DNA of 63,430 nucleotides, filler included. It is 13 parts of 13 records of this genome, joined end to end, with 100 filler letters (N's around TTAATTAATTAA, not from the genome) between each part and the next. Parts side by side here need not be neighbours in the genome. Positions count along the whole stretch, not along the records: positions 29,599 to 35,582 come from SRR7504441_4233; positions 35,683 to 39,836 come from SRR7504441_4237; positions 39,937 to 43,931 come from SRR7504441_4240; 10 more parts are not named here. One strand, given 5' to 3'. The first letter of the stretch is position 1; each line of letters begins with the position of its first letter. A model generated the notes under the pieces. The model saw only the letters and a list, made by a program, of their open reading frames with translations, did no database searches and had not been told where the DNA came from. The translations under genes and the position numbers were made by a program. Shown here piece after piece: positions 29,761 to 40,092 of this stretch.

Positions 29761-31594
29761 GGATAAATCCGTGCTGGCCGTGGCCATGGTGCTCACTACA
29801 GCCACCGCCTCGCCCTTGCACTCGCGGTCGTCGGGGTACACCCCACTGCCACCAAGCCCGGAGGCAATCAAGCTGCAGAGTGGCCTCGAGGCAGCCGTGA
29901 CGCAAAGGCAGCGTGTATTCACCATTCCTTCCGGCGTGTATGCCTTCAACAATGCCTCACTCAACGTGGAAGGAGCTGAGGGGCTTACTCTGGATTTCGA
30001 ACCCAAGGTCGAATTGTGGTTCGCCGTCGGCGCTGGCATTCTTGTCCGCAACTCGCACGGCGTCGTCATCCAAGGCCGTGGCCTGGTCGTGGACTATAGC
30101 CCGTTGCCGTACTTCCAGGCCACTGCTGTTTCCGGGGTGGAATCGGCGGGTGACGGTGGTGCTAGCATCGAGGTCAGGATCGATCCTGGCTCGTTGACAC
30201 CTCCCGACTTCTGGCAGTCGTGGGGAAGCAGCCCGACCAATGAGTTCGTTCAAGGCCCAGTCTGGTGGTCTGGATCGGCCAAAGGCGTCGGTGGCGCATC
30301 ATTCCCGCTCAAATCGCAAGGCTTCAGCGGCATCAGCCTCAGCGACTTTAAGGCTTCTGGGATGCCGGGCCAGCGGCTCTTCACCTACACGCCTGTGGCC
30401 GGGTTCCGGCCGCCGATCCCGCAAGCTGGGGACAAGCTGACTGCCATTGTTCGAATCGGGTACACTCTCCTTCTGCTCAACTCTTCTGGATGCATCCTGC
30501 AGGACATCGACATACACACAGCGTCCTTCATGGCAATCACCGAATTCGACGGCGCGGGTGGCAACGTTTACACCAATGTGAACGTTGTGCGGAGAGCTGG
30601 TGGCGGTGCGGGAGGCAACCCTCAGGCCACCTCACCCTCCACTGATGCCACTGTCCTCTGTGGCCCAAACCATGACCGGGTGTGCATGGCAGCTGTTTCG
30701 TCAAATGGTGACGTGTTCCACTCCTCGGGGTGCAAAGTCGGGCCTGTGATCAAACGGTGCGAGTTCTCGTACGCGCTGGACGATTTTGTGAATGTTCACA
30801 CCAGGACTCAGGTTGTTTGCGCTGACCGATCGAGGTCTGCGCAGCCAGCACGGGGACTGGGATCTGAGGCGTCACCCACACGGACACTAGTGATCGCCGA
30901 CCCGAGGCTCAAGTTGGATCGGCATACCATCGACGATCACCCATACGGCACCGTGGAAACCATGCCCAATGTCCGAGAAGGGGACACGCTCTCGTTCCGT
31001 GCAGTTGAGACCCTCGCGCTTGTGTGCACAGCCACTGTGTCCAGCATCATGCGGATCCCGTTCAGTGACAGTCGAGTCGCGGCAGCTCAAGCGTTTGTAG
31101 ACGCGCAAAAGGTGGCTGCCGGCCACAAGTTCAACCCTATCGATGTGTGGTTCACAACTAGAGCGGGGACAAATGAAAGCAGGGTGTGGCAGGTTGGCGT
31201 GGAGGTCGATGTGCATAAATGTAACAGCTCGCTCACGGGGCTCATGGTGAACGCTGAGGCATGGTCCAACAGCGGGGCGGTACTCGATGGGAACTACTTC
31301 CACTCGTCCATTGATGGGATTCGTTGGAAGTCTTCTAACGGGCGCATTACCAACAACAGGTGGGAGCCGGCGGTGTCGCTCACTGGGCTCGAGGTTACAC
31401 CCCTCAGGTCGTACTATGAAGGGCCCTTTGGGATTAGCAACGTGACCATCAGCGGTAACGTCTTTGTTGGCGGGTCGCCAAAGCTGATCACAGAGTGTAC
31501 TGGCATGTCGCACCACACAAAGCCAGGGGTTTGGGTCAGCTGCACAGATATCAAAATTACCAACAACTCTTTCCCTCCGGATCCGGGTTCGTAA
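29759..31594 (+). CDS. Secreted right-handed beta-helix protein, GH110 (alpha-galactosidase)-like, intronless
   Basis: Signal peptide; VDYSPLPYFQAT; SSNGDVFHSSGCKVGPVIKRCEFSYALDDFVNVH; GAVLDGNYF, GRITNN and NVTISGNVF beta-helix repeats. Confidence 0.7.
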   Translation: MDKSVLAVAMVLTTATASPLHSRSSGYTPLPPSPEAIKLQSGLEAAVTQRQRVFTIPSGVYAFNNASLNVEGAEGLTLDFEPKVELWFAVGAGILVRNSHGVVIQGRGLVVDYSPLPYFQATAVSGVESAGDGGASIEVRIDPGSLTPPDFWQSWGSSPTNEFVQGPVWWSGSAKGVGGASFPLKSQGFSGISLSDFKASGMPGQRLFTYTPVAGFRPPIPQAGDKLTAIVRIGYTLLLLNSSGCILQDIDIHTASFMAITEFDGAGGNVYTNVNVVRRAGGGAGGNPQATSPSTDATVLCGPNHDRVCMAAVSSNGDVFHSSGCKVGPVIKRCEFSYALDDFVNVHTRTQVVCADRSRSAQPARGLGSEASPTRTLVIADPRLKLDRHTIDDHPYGTVETMPNVREGDTLSFRAVETLALVCTATVSSIMRIPFSDSRVAAAQAFVDAQKVAAGHKFNPIDVWFTTRAGTNESRVWQVGVEVDVHKCNSSLTGLMVNAEAWSNSGAVLDGNYFHSSIDGIRWKSSNGRITNNRWEPAVSLTGLEVTPLRSYYEGPFGISNVTISGNVFVGGSPKLITECTGMSHHTKPGVWVSCTDIKITNNSFPPDPGS

Positions 31595-31877
31595 ATTTAT
31601 AATAAAGGAACTATGTTGGTCTTATGCTGGTTATGCCGGACTGACTTGAGCACTGGTCTCTACTGGTCTCTCGGCGGTGCTGTTGAAATCGAGCAGAATC
31701 AAAGCAGAAACGAAATGCTCGTGAAAAATGAGAGTGAAATGATTTGAGTCTCTTGATCAGTATATAGATATGAATAAAGTTTGCAATTACAAACATCCGT
31801 CCCACGCTGGCTAGTAGCACGCCACAAGTCTTAGGTACCGGTACCGTACTGTACTCGTAAGTACTTGGTAGTTGAGC

Positions 31878-33164
31878 TTAGTGAGTAGGATCAATCAAAC
31901 CGGCATCAAGGTTGGCCATCTGTGGATCAGATGCTTTGATGCTGTCCGACTCCCGAAGCGACGAGCGCCTGAGCTTCTCCTTTTGCAACTGGGTGATGAA
32001 TCCAACCATGCCCTTGTAAGCCCCTTCAGCTGTCTCCCGAATCTTGCCTTCTGGGAGCTTGAATTGATGCCCGTCTCCCGGCAGCTCCACCGTCCAGCCA
32101 TGGCCCCACATCCCAACTTGCTCGCTCATGTAATCGTCCAGCGCCCCGGTGCACGGGTACAGCTCTGCAGCCGGTTCGCTCTTGTAGCTACCACCTCCGG
32201 CCTTGCGTGTCGATTTGGCCATAGCGGCTCCAAGCCGCTTCAGCATCGGCTCATCCTTTGTAACTCCCCTACGCCAGCCGGGGCTCCGGAGAATCAAGGA
32301 CCCATAGGAGTGGTAGTCGAGCCCGACAGCACTGCTGCCCAGCTTCTCCTTCAAATATTTCGTCACTGCCTGCACCTCAGGCTCGGAAGCCTCTGCAGGA
32401 CCCGGGTAGTCCTCGGCGTCTGTGGGCGCCGAGCCGCCCCAGTGGTTTGGCCAGTTCCGGTTCAGATCGACACCAAACGTGCCGTCTTCGTTGTTCCGCC
32501 TGTTCTTCCTCCAGTACCTGTCGTTTGTAAAGGAATATTCGTACCCGTCCGGATTGACCAGCGGGACCAAATGGAACTCGGTCTGTCGCAGCGCCCCCTG
32601 CTGGTCGCCCTCGAGCTGGTCACTCTCGCCCAGCTGCTCCCCGGCGTAGTGGGCCGCCAGCCGGTGCGCGAAGTGCATGACGGTCGCCGGGCTGGCCCAC
32701 TCCCTGGCGTGCTGCCCACCCGACACGAACACTCGCTGGCGCGGGGTGTCGTCCGACAGGTCGTCCGCGATCACCACGGCCGGGATCGCCCGGCCTTGAT
32801 GGCTCTTGCCGATCTGCTCTTGCAGCCGCACGTGCTTGGGGTGGGCCTTGGCAAGCTCTCGCAGCTTGGACACGATCTCGTCGTATCGATGGTACTGCTC
32901 GAACCACCCAGCCGGTTTAGCCGACTCGCCCACCTCGCGGGCCGGGCGGACGGCGGTGCACCGCCAGGAGCGCGGGAAGGCGGCCGGGCGGGGCGAGTTG
33001 AACTCGATGGACCGGCCGGGGCCGTGGCCCCACAGGTCCAGCTTGAGCCGGCGGGAGACACCCATGAACCGGCCCATCTGGCTCTTGGGCGGCGAGCACC
33101 GCAGCAGCCGAATCGGCCGGGCCGTGGCTGCGCCTATCACAAAGGCGAACACCCACCAGCGCAT
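31878..33164 (-). CDS. Secreted M14 zinc carboxypeptidase, probably with short 5' introns
   Basis: Signal MRWWVFAFVIGAATA; GGQHAREW, NPDGYEYS, WRKNRR, GVDLNRNW, EASEPE, LDYHSYG, WTVEL. Confidence 0.92.
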   Translation of the reverse strand: MRWWVFAFVIGAATARPIRLLRCSPPKSQMGRFMGVSRRLKLDLWGHGPGRSIEFNSPRPAAFPRSWRCTAVRPAREVGESAKPAGWFEQYHRYDEIVSKLRELAKAHPKHVRLQEQIGKSHQGRAIPAVVIADDLSDDTPRQRVFVSGGQHAREWASPATVMHFAHRLAAHYAGEQLGESDQLEGDQQGALRQTEFHLVPLVNPDGYEYSFTNDRYWRKNRRNNEDGTFGVDLNRNWPNHWGGSAPTDAEDYPGPAEASEPEVQAVTKYLKEKLGSSAVGLDYHSYGSLILRSPGWRRGVTKDEPMLKRLGAAMAKSTRKAGGGSYKSEPAAELYPCTGALDDYMSEQVGMWGHGWTVELPGDGHQFKLPEGKIRETAEGAYKGMVGFITQLQKEKLRRSSLRESDSIKASDPQMANLDAGLIDPTH

Positions 33165-33224
33165 GCTTTTGCTTTGCTCCCTGAGCTTTAATCCAACGGC
33201 TGCACTGCAAGCTGGTGAGCAAAA

Positions 33225-34982
33225 ATGAGCAGCCAGGCGGAGCAGCGGCTCGCAATCGCCACTGCCACAGCAACCACCGAGGCCGGGCCGTCGCACGCGG
33301 CTGCCAAGGCGATCAATGGCGATATGCTCAGCTACTGGGACACCGGGCCGGACCCGGCGCTGCCGGTCACGCTGACGCTGACGCTGGCCGAGCCGAGCTT
33401 CGTCAGTGAGCTCAGCCTAGTCTGGCGGCAGCCCGGGGCCAACCCACGGGCGCTGACGGTGGCCAGCTGCCGGGAGGGGCGCTGGCTGCAGGTGGCAGCG
33501 CTGGCGGACAGCAGGCAGGAGCAGGTGCAGCTCCGGGTTGTGCTGGACTGGCGGGCCCAGGCGGTGGGCCAACTCCGGGTGCAGTTGAGCCAGCTGTGGG
33601 GCCCCCGACTCCAGTGCCTCTCCGTCGAGCTCACCGGCACCCCACTGGAGCACAGCGGGCCGCCGCCCCCGCCGGTGCTGCCCGAGCCGGCTGAGCCGGA
33701 GCCGGTGCTGCCGGTGAGCGCGCTGCTGGACGAGCTGGACTGGAGCGTCTGCCGGGAGTGGCTGGTCACATGGGACGACGGGGTGGCCTGGCGAAGGTCG
33801 GCCCGGTTTGAGGACCGGTGCGACAAGGGCGTGGACAAGGGGCACAAGCTGGTGGGCACGATAGTGCGCGGTGAGGATGGGCTGGTGTACATCAACAACA
33901 GAAACAAGGGCAAGACATTCCTGCCGATGGCTACCAGCGGCGGCCAGCTGCTGGTGGCGCTCTCGGCGCAGCAGGAGGCGCACTTGTATGACTCGAGCAG
34001 CAGCGACGAGCACGAGGAGCCACAGGCCGCACCAGCCGGCTCGGTCTGGCGGGAGTACGATGCGGACGGCAGGCCGTACTTCCATAACACTTTGACGGGC
34101 CAGACGGTCTGGACGCTGCCGGCCGGGCACACGGCCACTATCGCGCCGGTCCGACAGCCAGCACAGCCTGAGACAGTGCCCAAACCCAAACGGCATCCGA
34201 CACGGTTCAAATCTGCGAGCGAGATCTGGCAGCCCTTCAAGGCCGCTGCCGACCGGGCGGCGGCGTCCATGATGAAGCCCAAGCAGCGGCCGCAGACCGC
34301 GGCCGAGGCGCAGGCGCTCTGTCAGCTGCAGCTGCGCTGTGAGGAGGCCTGGAACACTGTGGCCGACCTGCAGGCCCAGAACCGACACTTGAAGGAGCTC
34401 GTGAGGCAGGGGATGCAGCGGCCGCCATTCTGCCACAAGGCGGTCCAGCTGTACGACGTCGAGCTCGAGCCGGACGTGCTCTCGCCTGTGCGAGATCCGG
34501 ACACGCAGGCACTGGTGCTGCGGAACAGTGAACTGGCCGCCCGGCTGCAGCAGAGCTTCATGCTGCAGGCCGAGCACGACGAGCAGCTCGAGCAGGCCCA
34601 GGCCGCTGCAGTCCATGCCCAGGCCGAGGCCGAGGCGGTGTCGATCGAGCTTGAGGCCCAGCTGGAGGCCGTGGCGGCGATGGAGGAGGAGCTGGCCAGT
34701 GAGGTGCGCGAGACGGAGGCGAGCAACAAGGCGATGCATGGCGCCGAGGCCGACCGGGTGCGGCTGGAGAAGGAGCTCGAGCTGGTTAGACAGGCGGCCG
34801 ATGAGGCGACCGGCGAGGCCGAGAGGTATCGGCGCATGATGGACGAGCTCAAGAAGGAGACTGGAAAGCTGCAAGAGCGATGCATTAAGGCCGAGAAAAG
34901 AGAGGCCGAGTTAGCACTAGCTTTGAAAGTAGAGATCGATAGGCGAATCAGGAAACACAACAGTAGTACACACCAACCCTAA
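33225..34982 (+). CDS. Protein with discoidin/F5-8C-like N-terminus, a WW domain and a coiled coil
   Basis: KAINGDMLSYWDTG...LTLTL; WREYDADGRPYFHNTLTGQTVWTLP; E/A-rich heptad C-terminus. Confidence 0.7.
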   Translation: MSSQAEQRLAIATATATTEAGPSHAAAKAINGDMLSYWDTGPDPALPVTLTLTLAEPSFVSELSLVWRQPGANPRALTVASCREGRWLQVAALADSRQEQVQLRVVLDWRAQAVGQLRVQLSQLWGPRLQCLSVELTGTPLEHSGPPPPPVLPEPAEPEPVLPVSALLDELDWSVCREWLVTWDDGVAWRRSARFEDRCDKGVDKGHKLVGTIVRGEDGLVYINNRNKGKTFLPMATSGGQLLVALSAQQEAHLYDSSSSDEHEEPQAAPAGSVWREYDADGRPYFHNTLTGQTVWTLPAGHTATIAPVRQPAQPETVPKPKRHPTRFKSASEIWQPFKAAADRAAASMMKPKQRPQTAAEAQALCQLQLRCEEAWNTVADLQAQNRHLKELVRQGMQRPPFCHKAVQLYDVELEPDVLSPVRDPDTQALVLRNSELAARLQQSFMLQAEHDEQLEQAQAAAVHAQAEAEAVSIELEAQLEAVAAMEEELASEVRETEASNKAMHGAEADRVRLEKELELVRQAADEATGEAERYRRMMDELKKETGKLQERCIKAEKREAELALALKVEIDRRIRKHNSSTHQP

Positions 34983-35057
34983 CCCTTAAAAACGTGCTTC
35001 TATGCTCCAATTGAGAGCTTATTGAGAGCTTATCTCCTAGAATACAACGAAGCCCCG

Positions 35058-35582
35058 TCAATTGAAACTGAATTGAAACCAGGTTACAACCAACGTCATC
35101 TGATTGCGACGTCCAACGACAAACTCAGAAGAAGAATATTCAGAGGGTAGCGAAGAAGTTTGTGACAAAGTCTTCATCGTCGCTCTCTTTGTATCCCTCA
35201 TGCCAGTCGTGCTCGCCCTCGCTGTCGCTTCCTGCCCGCCCGGCTCAAGCGCGCTCAGCCCAGTCGGACCTATGCAGTAGTCCTCTGCATACACAAGCGC
35301 GCTCCAGTCTTTCTTCTCCACGTTCCGCTTGCCGACCCCGCACGTCGGATGAAACGCGCTGGCCTCCTCCGACTTGGCCTTCTTCTGCTTCTTTTGCTTC
35401 TTCTGTTTCTTCTGCTTCTTGTGCTGGTTGGCCTCCTCCTCGAGCCCAGCCAGCTCATCCCCGAGCTGCTGCTTGTCCGAGCTGCTCTCCTCGTCCTCCT
35501 CGTCTGAGCTACTCTGCTCGTCGGAGCTGCTCTGTTCTGGCTCAAAGTCGTCGTCGTCCGAGCTCTCGGGCTCCGGCGGTGC
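35058..35582 (-). CDS. C-terminal part of an acidic / Lys-rich low-complexity protein, 5' truncated
   Basis: ESSDDDDFEPEQSSSDEQ...HKKQKKQKKQKKQKKAK, a probable intron, then EKKDWSALVYAEDY. Confidence 0.5.
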   Translation of the reverse strand, partial: APPEPESSDDDDFEPEQSSSDEQSSSDEEDEESSSDKQQLGDELAGLEEEANQHKKQKKQKKQKKQKKAKSEEASAFHPTCGVGKRNVEKKDWSALVYAEDYCIGPTGLSALEPGGQEATARASTTGMRDTKRATMKTLSQTSSLPSEYSSSEFVVGRRNQMTLVVTWFQFSFN

Positions 35583-35682
35583 NNNNNNNNNNNNNNNNNN
35601 NNNNNNNNNNNNNNNNNNNNNNNNNNTTAATTAATTAANNNNNNNNNNNNNNNNNNNNNNNNNNNNNNNNNNNNNNNNNNNN

Positions 35683-36629
35683 GCTCGCATGCGTCAGACC
35701 CACCCCGCGGCTGGCCAGCGCGGCCCGAGCGCTCGGTGGGATAGTGGCGGTTGTGACTATCACAGTGGCACCCGACTCGAGCGCAAGCTCCAGTGAGTGG
35801 CCCTACACGCGGGCTGAGCGCGCTCACGGGCGCAGTGCCTGGATGGACCCAGTGGTCACCAGCAGCCGCGGGTCCGCGATCTGCACCGGTCCACCCAACG
35901 GCACGGGCGTGGCCTGCAGCCGGATCCCGGCTATCTGGCCCGGCGCACCTCCAGCACCAGCCCTCGCACAACTCGGTCCGTGCCGCGCCCGCGCTGCCGC
36001 CCGCTCGGCACACACACCCCGGCCAGCCACCCGCAGCACCACCGGGAGCGGACCGGTGGCCCCGACCGCCCTGCCAGCGTCGGCCAGCAGCCCGCTCAGC
36101 CGGTCGGCCCGGTCGGGCGGCAGCTTGGTCCCCAGGCAGCACCGGCACAGCCGCTCGAGCTCGTCGGGCTCGAGTCGTCGGGACCACTCGCGGATCAGCT
36201 GCCCGCTCCGGGCGGCCGCCTGGCTGAACTGGCGGCAGGCGGCCCGGGGCGGGATCCGGTCGGCCGCCAGCCGGCCGATGGCTCCGAGCAACTCGGCCGA
36301 GAGCAGCACCAGCAGCCCGCTGCCGTCTCCGGCCTGCCCCAGGGTGCGCGGCTGGCCCGCGAGAGGGGTCGACCGTCCGGCGGAGGGTGTGGGCGGCGTG
36401 CGCCAGGATGGCAGCCGCTGGGTCGGCCGGCTGGAGGCTGGTCAGGATGCTGATCGTGTCCTTTGAGCTGACCGCTGTCCGGCCGGAGCTGATCAGCTTG
36501 GTCCGGCCGTTGGGCCCAAAGCTGGTCCGCACCTGCCAGCCGCTCGCCCCAGGGCGCGCAGTGCGGCACCGGGGCCGCCAGCCCGGCCGCCGACTCCGCT
36601 ATCGCGGCCTGCACCCCTCTCGGCTCCAT
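35683..36629 (-). CDS. Divergent group II chaperonin-like protein (BBS10/BBS6/CCT-like), multi-exon, 3' truncated
   Basis: VRTSFGPNGRTKLI...SKDTISILTSLQPADPAAAILAHAA...GDGSGLLVLLSAELL (equatorial-domain motifs). Confidence 0.7.
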
Positions 36630-36725
36630 CCTCCGACGCCGGTGCGAGGCCGTTGCGGGTCAATCTCGCCGTCGGGCTGGACTGCGGCGTGGCACGACCA
36701 ACCCGTGGGAAAGGGGGGCGAGTTC

Positions 36726-38198
36726 ATGGACGTGGCAGGGGAGCCGGAGCCGAAAGGCGAGCCGGAGCCGACGCCCGAGAGCCCCGGGGCGGCGGATGAC
36801 CCGCCGGCAGCCGCGCAGGAGGCTGGGGAGGGCGGGGAGAGCGAGGGGCTGCTGGAGGGCGGGGGCGAGGAGTGGACCTATGCGGAGCTGGTGAAGAAGC
36901 ACCCGCTCACCACGATCGGCGGGTCGCTGCCCGTCTTCTTCGGGTTCATCTTCGTCACGGCCACCACCCCGATCATGCCCTTTTTCATGGACACGATTGG
37001 GGCCGACGATAGCGCGATCGGGCTCATCCTCAGCGCCAACTATATCGCCCAAATAGCGGGCGGTCTTCTGGTCGCGCCTCTGGTCAGGTTTGTGCCCAAC
37101 CGGCGGATACTGCTGCTAGCACTCGGCGCCGTCCACATCTGCAGCATCGGGCTGGTGGCGGCCCATCCGACCGTGTGGACCCTGGCGGTGGAGCGAGCTG
37201 CCGGAGGCTTCCGGCTGGGGATGGCAAAAGTGATTGCACGCTCGCTGATCCGGCTTCAGCTGCCCCAGCCGGCCAGGGGCAAAGCGTTCGGAATCATGAA
37301 TGCGCTGAGCAATGCCGGGCTGCTTATGGGGCCTGCATTCAGTGCGCTGGCCTACTCGGCCGGAGGGATGCGGCTCACATTCATTTGCCTGGCGGTGGTG
37401 GTGGGGATCGACCTGCTGATCGTGGCTTGCCTGCCGGCGCACACGTACGACATAGGCCAGGAGGGCGGGAAGCTGGAGGCTGGGCAGGAATGGACGTCCT
37501 GGTGGGCCAATCTGCAGTTGGTCGCCAAACAGCGCTCAACAGGCGGGCTGGTGATCGTGGCCATGTGGGAGGGCGTCTGGTTCGGGCTGCTCTTCCTGCT
37601 GCTCCCGCTGCAATTGGCCAACTACTTTCAGCTCTCCAGCGCTCACGTGGCGGTCATTTGGATATGTTTCGACGTCGGCGCCGTGCCGTCCTCGCTGCTT
37701 GGAGGGTTCCTGGCGGACTGGCTGGAGCCGTACTACGTGCTGGCAGTCACGCTGGTGCTCAAGGCCGGGATGGAAGTGCTATCGGGCTATGGGAGGATGC
37801 TGCCTAGCGATAGTCTGACTGGGCTGCTGCTGATGGCAATTGGGTGTGGGCTGTGTATGGATCTGTGGGACGTTGGTATGTCCTCCCGCGATAAATTGGC
37901 CGGGCGGGCGGCTGAGATGCTGCACCAGCTCAAGGGCGAGGGCTATGACGATATTGTGTTTGGATGGATCCAGTCGACTGAGCAGCTGGCGGTCATCATC
38001 ACCTTCTGGAGCGGAGTGCCGTTGGACAGGGCCGTTGGCTGGCCTGTGCTCATGTTTGTGCACGCCGGGCTCAGCTTGTGTGTGCTCTACCCGCTCACCT
38101 TCTGGCTGATGCGGCCGATCCGGGCAGCTTCGGGCGGCGGCCAGGCTCATCCGGATTTGAAAAAGGAGGATGACGTGGAGAACTCGCACCTGGATTGA
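36726..38198 (+). CDS. Major facilitator superfamily transporter, intronless
   Basis: About 12 hydrophobic segments; IGLILSA, ARGKAFGIMNA...GLLMGPAF, LGGFLADWL. Confidence 0.85.
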   Translation: MDVAGEPEPKGEPEPTPESPGAADDPPAAAQEAGEGGESEGLLEGGGEEWTYAELVKKHPLTTIGGSLPVFFGFIFVTATTPIMPFFMDTIGADDSAIGLILSANYIAQIAGGLLVAPLVRFVPNRRILLLALGAVHICSIGLVAAHPTVWTLAVERAAGGFRLGMAKVIARSLIRLQLPQPARGKAFGIMNALSNAGLLMGPAFSALAYSAGGMRLTFICLAVVVGIDLLIVACLPAHTYDIGQEGGKLEAGQEWTSWWANLQLVAKQRSTGGLVIVAMWEGVWFGLLFLLLPLQLANYFQLSSAHVAVIWICFDVGAVPSSLLGGFLADWLEPYYVLAVTLVLKAGMEVLSGYGRMLPSDSLTGLLLMAIGCGLCMDLWDVGMSSRDKLAGRAAEMLHQLKGEGYDDIVFGWIQSTEQLAVIITFWSGVPLDRAVGWPVLMFVHAGLSLCVLYPLTFWLMRPIRAASGGGQAHPDLKKEDDVENSHLD

Positions 38199-38489
38199 TC
38201 GAATTAATATTATTAAACATTTGATTATAATGCCCGTCTAGACTTGACTTATATCTAGGACCCAACTGGTTCCAACCTACCGAACCTACGAAGTACGAAT
38301 AACACAATTAGAAGAGAGGATGTACGATGTCATACTGCGTACTACATGTACATAGTCAGTCCCCTGGGTGCCTTTAAATGTGGAGCATTTCGGAGCCTAT
38401 GGGCGTATGCGGCGGCTCGGAGCCGTTGTGGCGGAAGCACACAGAGCCTAGGACCGCCAGGAGCACAGGTGCCGTCTCCGCACCCCGGG

Positions 38490-38819
38490 TCAACCGGCGG
38501 AGCCGCCCTTAGTGGTCCACAGCGAAGCTAGGCCGCCAGGAAGCCAGGCCGCCAGGAACAGGATTACGGCGAGTAGCACGAGCAGCATGTACGGCGGCGA
38601 TTGCCAGCAGGCATCGCGCAGATTCACTAGATCTCGCCTGAGCCGAGCGACCCCCGAGGCGGAGCGGGCCGGCCTGACCGGGTGGTGCTCTCCGCCCAGC
38701 AGCTCCATCTCCTCCTTGCTCAGGTTGGCGTCGAACAACGTTACATTCCCGCTGTACCCGCCCGAACTGCTCTCCATCACGATCGCACCCGAAGCCTCCT
38801 CGCGCATTACCTCGCGCAT
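38490..38819 (-). CDS. Small membrane protein of unknown function
   Basis: ORF with a C-terminal hydrophobic helix YMLLVLLAVILFLAAWL. Confidence 0.45.
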   Translation of the reverse strand: MREVMREEASGAIVMESSSGGYSGNVTLFDANLSKEEMELLGGEHHPVRPARSASGVARLRRDLVNLRDACWQSPPYMLLVLLAVILFLAAWLPGGLASLWTTKGGSAG

Positions 38820-39066
38820 TGCGGCTGCTCGCCCCCGGCCACAAACCGGGCACAAACTTCCAACGGCTGCCCTTGCCCTCCTAGATCTATAGGACATTTC
38901 AAGATATTATCTAACGCCGAGTTACTCGAGTTGCTGGTCATTGCGTTCAGTATTCAGTGCCCAAGTACGGCAGTATGATGGCTATCGGCACTTAATTATA
39001 AATAATAATTACATATCCTTCAATGCAACATTGCAGCCTGAACATACCGCACCGACACAAGTGCGG

Positions 39067-39792
39067 CTAGCTCGAGCTGTCCCGGAGGGCCTGGATCGCC
39101 CGGAAAACCTCTGCCACTCGATCCATCACTTGCGCTCGCACCGCTGGGTCCAGCCGAGCCCCGAACCGTTGCTGAAACTTGTCCGGGTGCCAGTGCATCA
39201 CTAGCGTCTGCAGCGCCTTCCTGCACCGCACCAGTCCCAGCTCCCGCTCCGTCGGGAACGGCACATCAGCCACCCCCAGCACGCCTGAGCTGCTCTCGAG
39301 CTCAGCCCAGCGCCGCGCCAGCTCGGCCACCACCGCCGGCCCCGGCTCGACCGCCCGCGGCTCCGCGGCCCTCGCCCCAGCGCGCGCTGCCTGCTCCGCC
39401 TCGAGCCTAGCATGCGCCTCGGCGGCCTCCCTTTCACGCTCACGCTCCTGCCGCTCGGCGGCCGCCTCACGCGCCCGCGCCTTCACTGTGGCCTCCAGCC
39501 GGGCTTTGCTGGCGGCCCAGGCCTGATCGGACCGAGCTTTGTGTGTGGGCTGGCGCGACTGGACCATCCGGTCGAGCTCCGCCCGCCGGCGCTGCCACGA
39601 CTGCTCGTCCGCCGCCCGGCGGTCGTCTCGGGCCGTGCTGGCCGCCTGCTCGCTGGCCTGCCGGCTGGCGGCGCGCTCAGCGTGCTCGGCCTCTCTGGCG
39701 AGCTTGCGCTGGTCGGCTTGGGCCCGCTGCTCTTCCAGGCTGCTGAGCTTGCCGGCCAGCCGCTCCCGCCGCCAGCTCGTCTGCCAGCCCAT
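39067..39792 (-). CDS. Coiled-coil protein with NFKBIL1-like (J-like HPDKF) C-terminal domain
   Basis: DVPFP...RKALQTLVMHWHPDKFQQRFGARL...VAEVFRAI. Confidence 0.7.
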   Translation of the reverse strand: MGWQTSWRRERLAGKLSSLEEQRAQADQRKLAREAEHAERAASRQASEQAASTARDDRRAADEQSWQRRRAELDRMVQSRQPTHKARSDQAWAASKARLEATVKARAREAAAERQEREREREAAEAHARLEAEQAARAGARAAEPRAVEPGPAVVAELARRWAELESSSGVLGVADVPFPTERELGLVRCRKALQTLVMHWHPDKFQQRFGARLDPAVRAQVMDRVAEVFRAIQALRDSSS

Positions 39793-40092
39793 TTATCTAG
39801 TACAGGCCTAGACTCAGGCTCTGCTACGCGCCGCACNNNNNNNNNNNNNNNNNNNNNNNNNNNNNNNNNNNNNNNNNNNNTTAATTAATTAANNNNNNNN
39901 NNNNNNNNNNNNNNNNNNNNNNNNNNNNNNNNNNNNATTTATCATTGTAATAAAATGCCTCCTTTTCCAAAAAAAAAAAAGAATTTTTTAACCGGTACGT
40001 ACCGATATACCTAAAGTACACTGTAGTCTACTGTTCGTACCAGTAGCGTACCTGCTCGATGCATACTCCGTCCGGGTGGTGAAAGCACGCGG

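Noticed and set aside
34974-35035. AACCCTAACCCT and the TTGAGAGCTTA tandem
   Set aside because: About two units only, too short for a telomere or a meaningful repeat.
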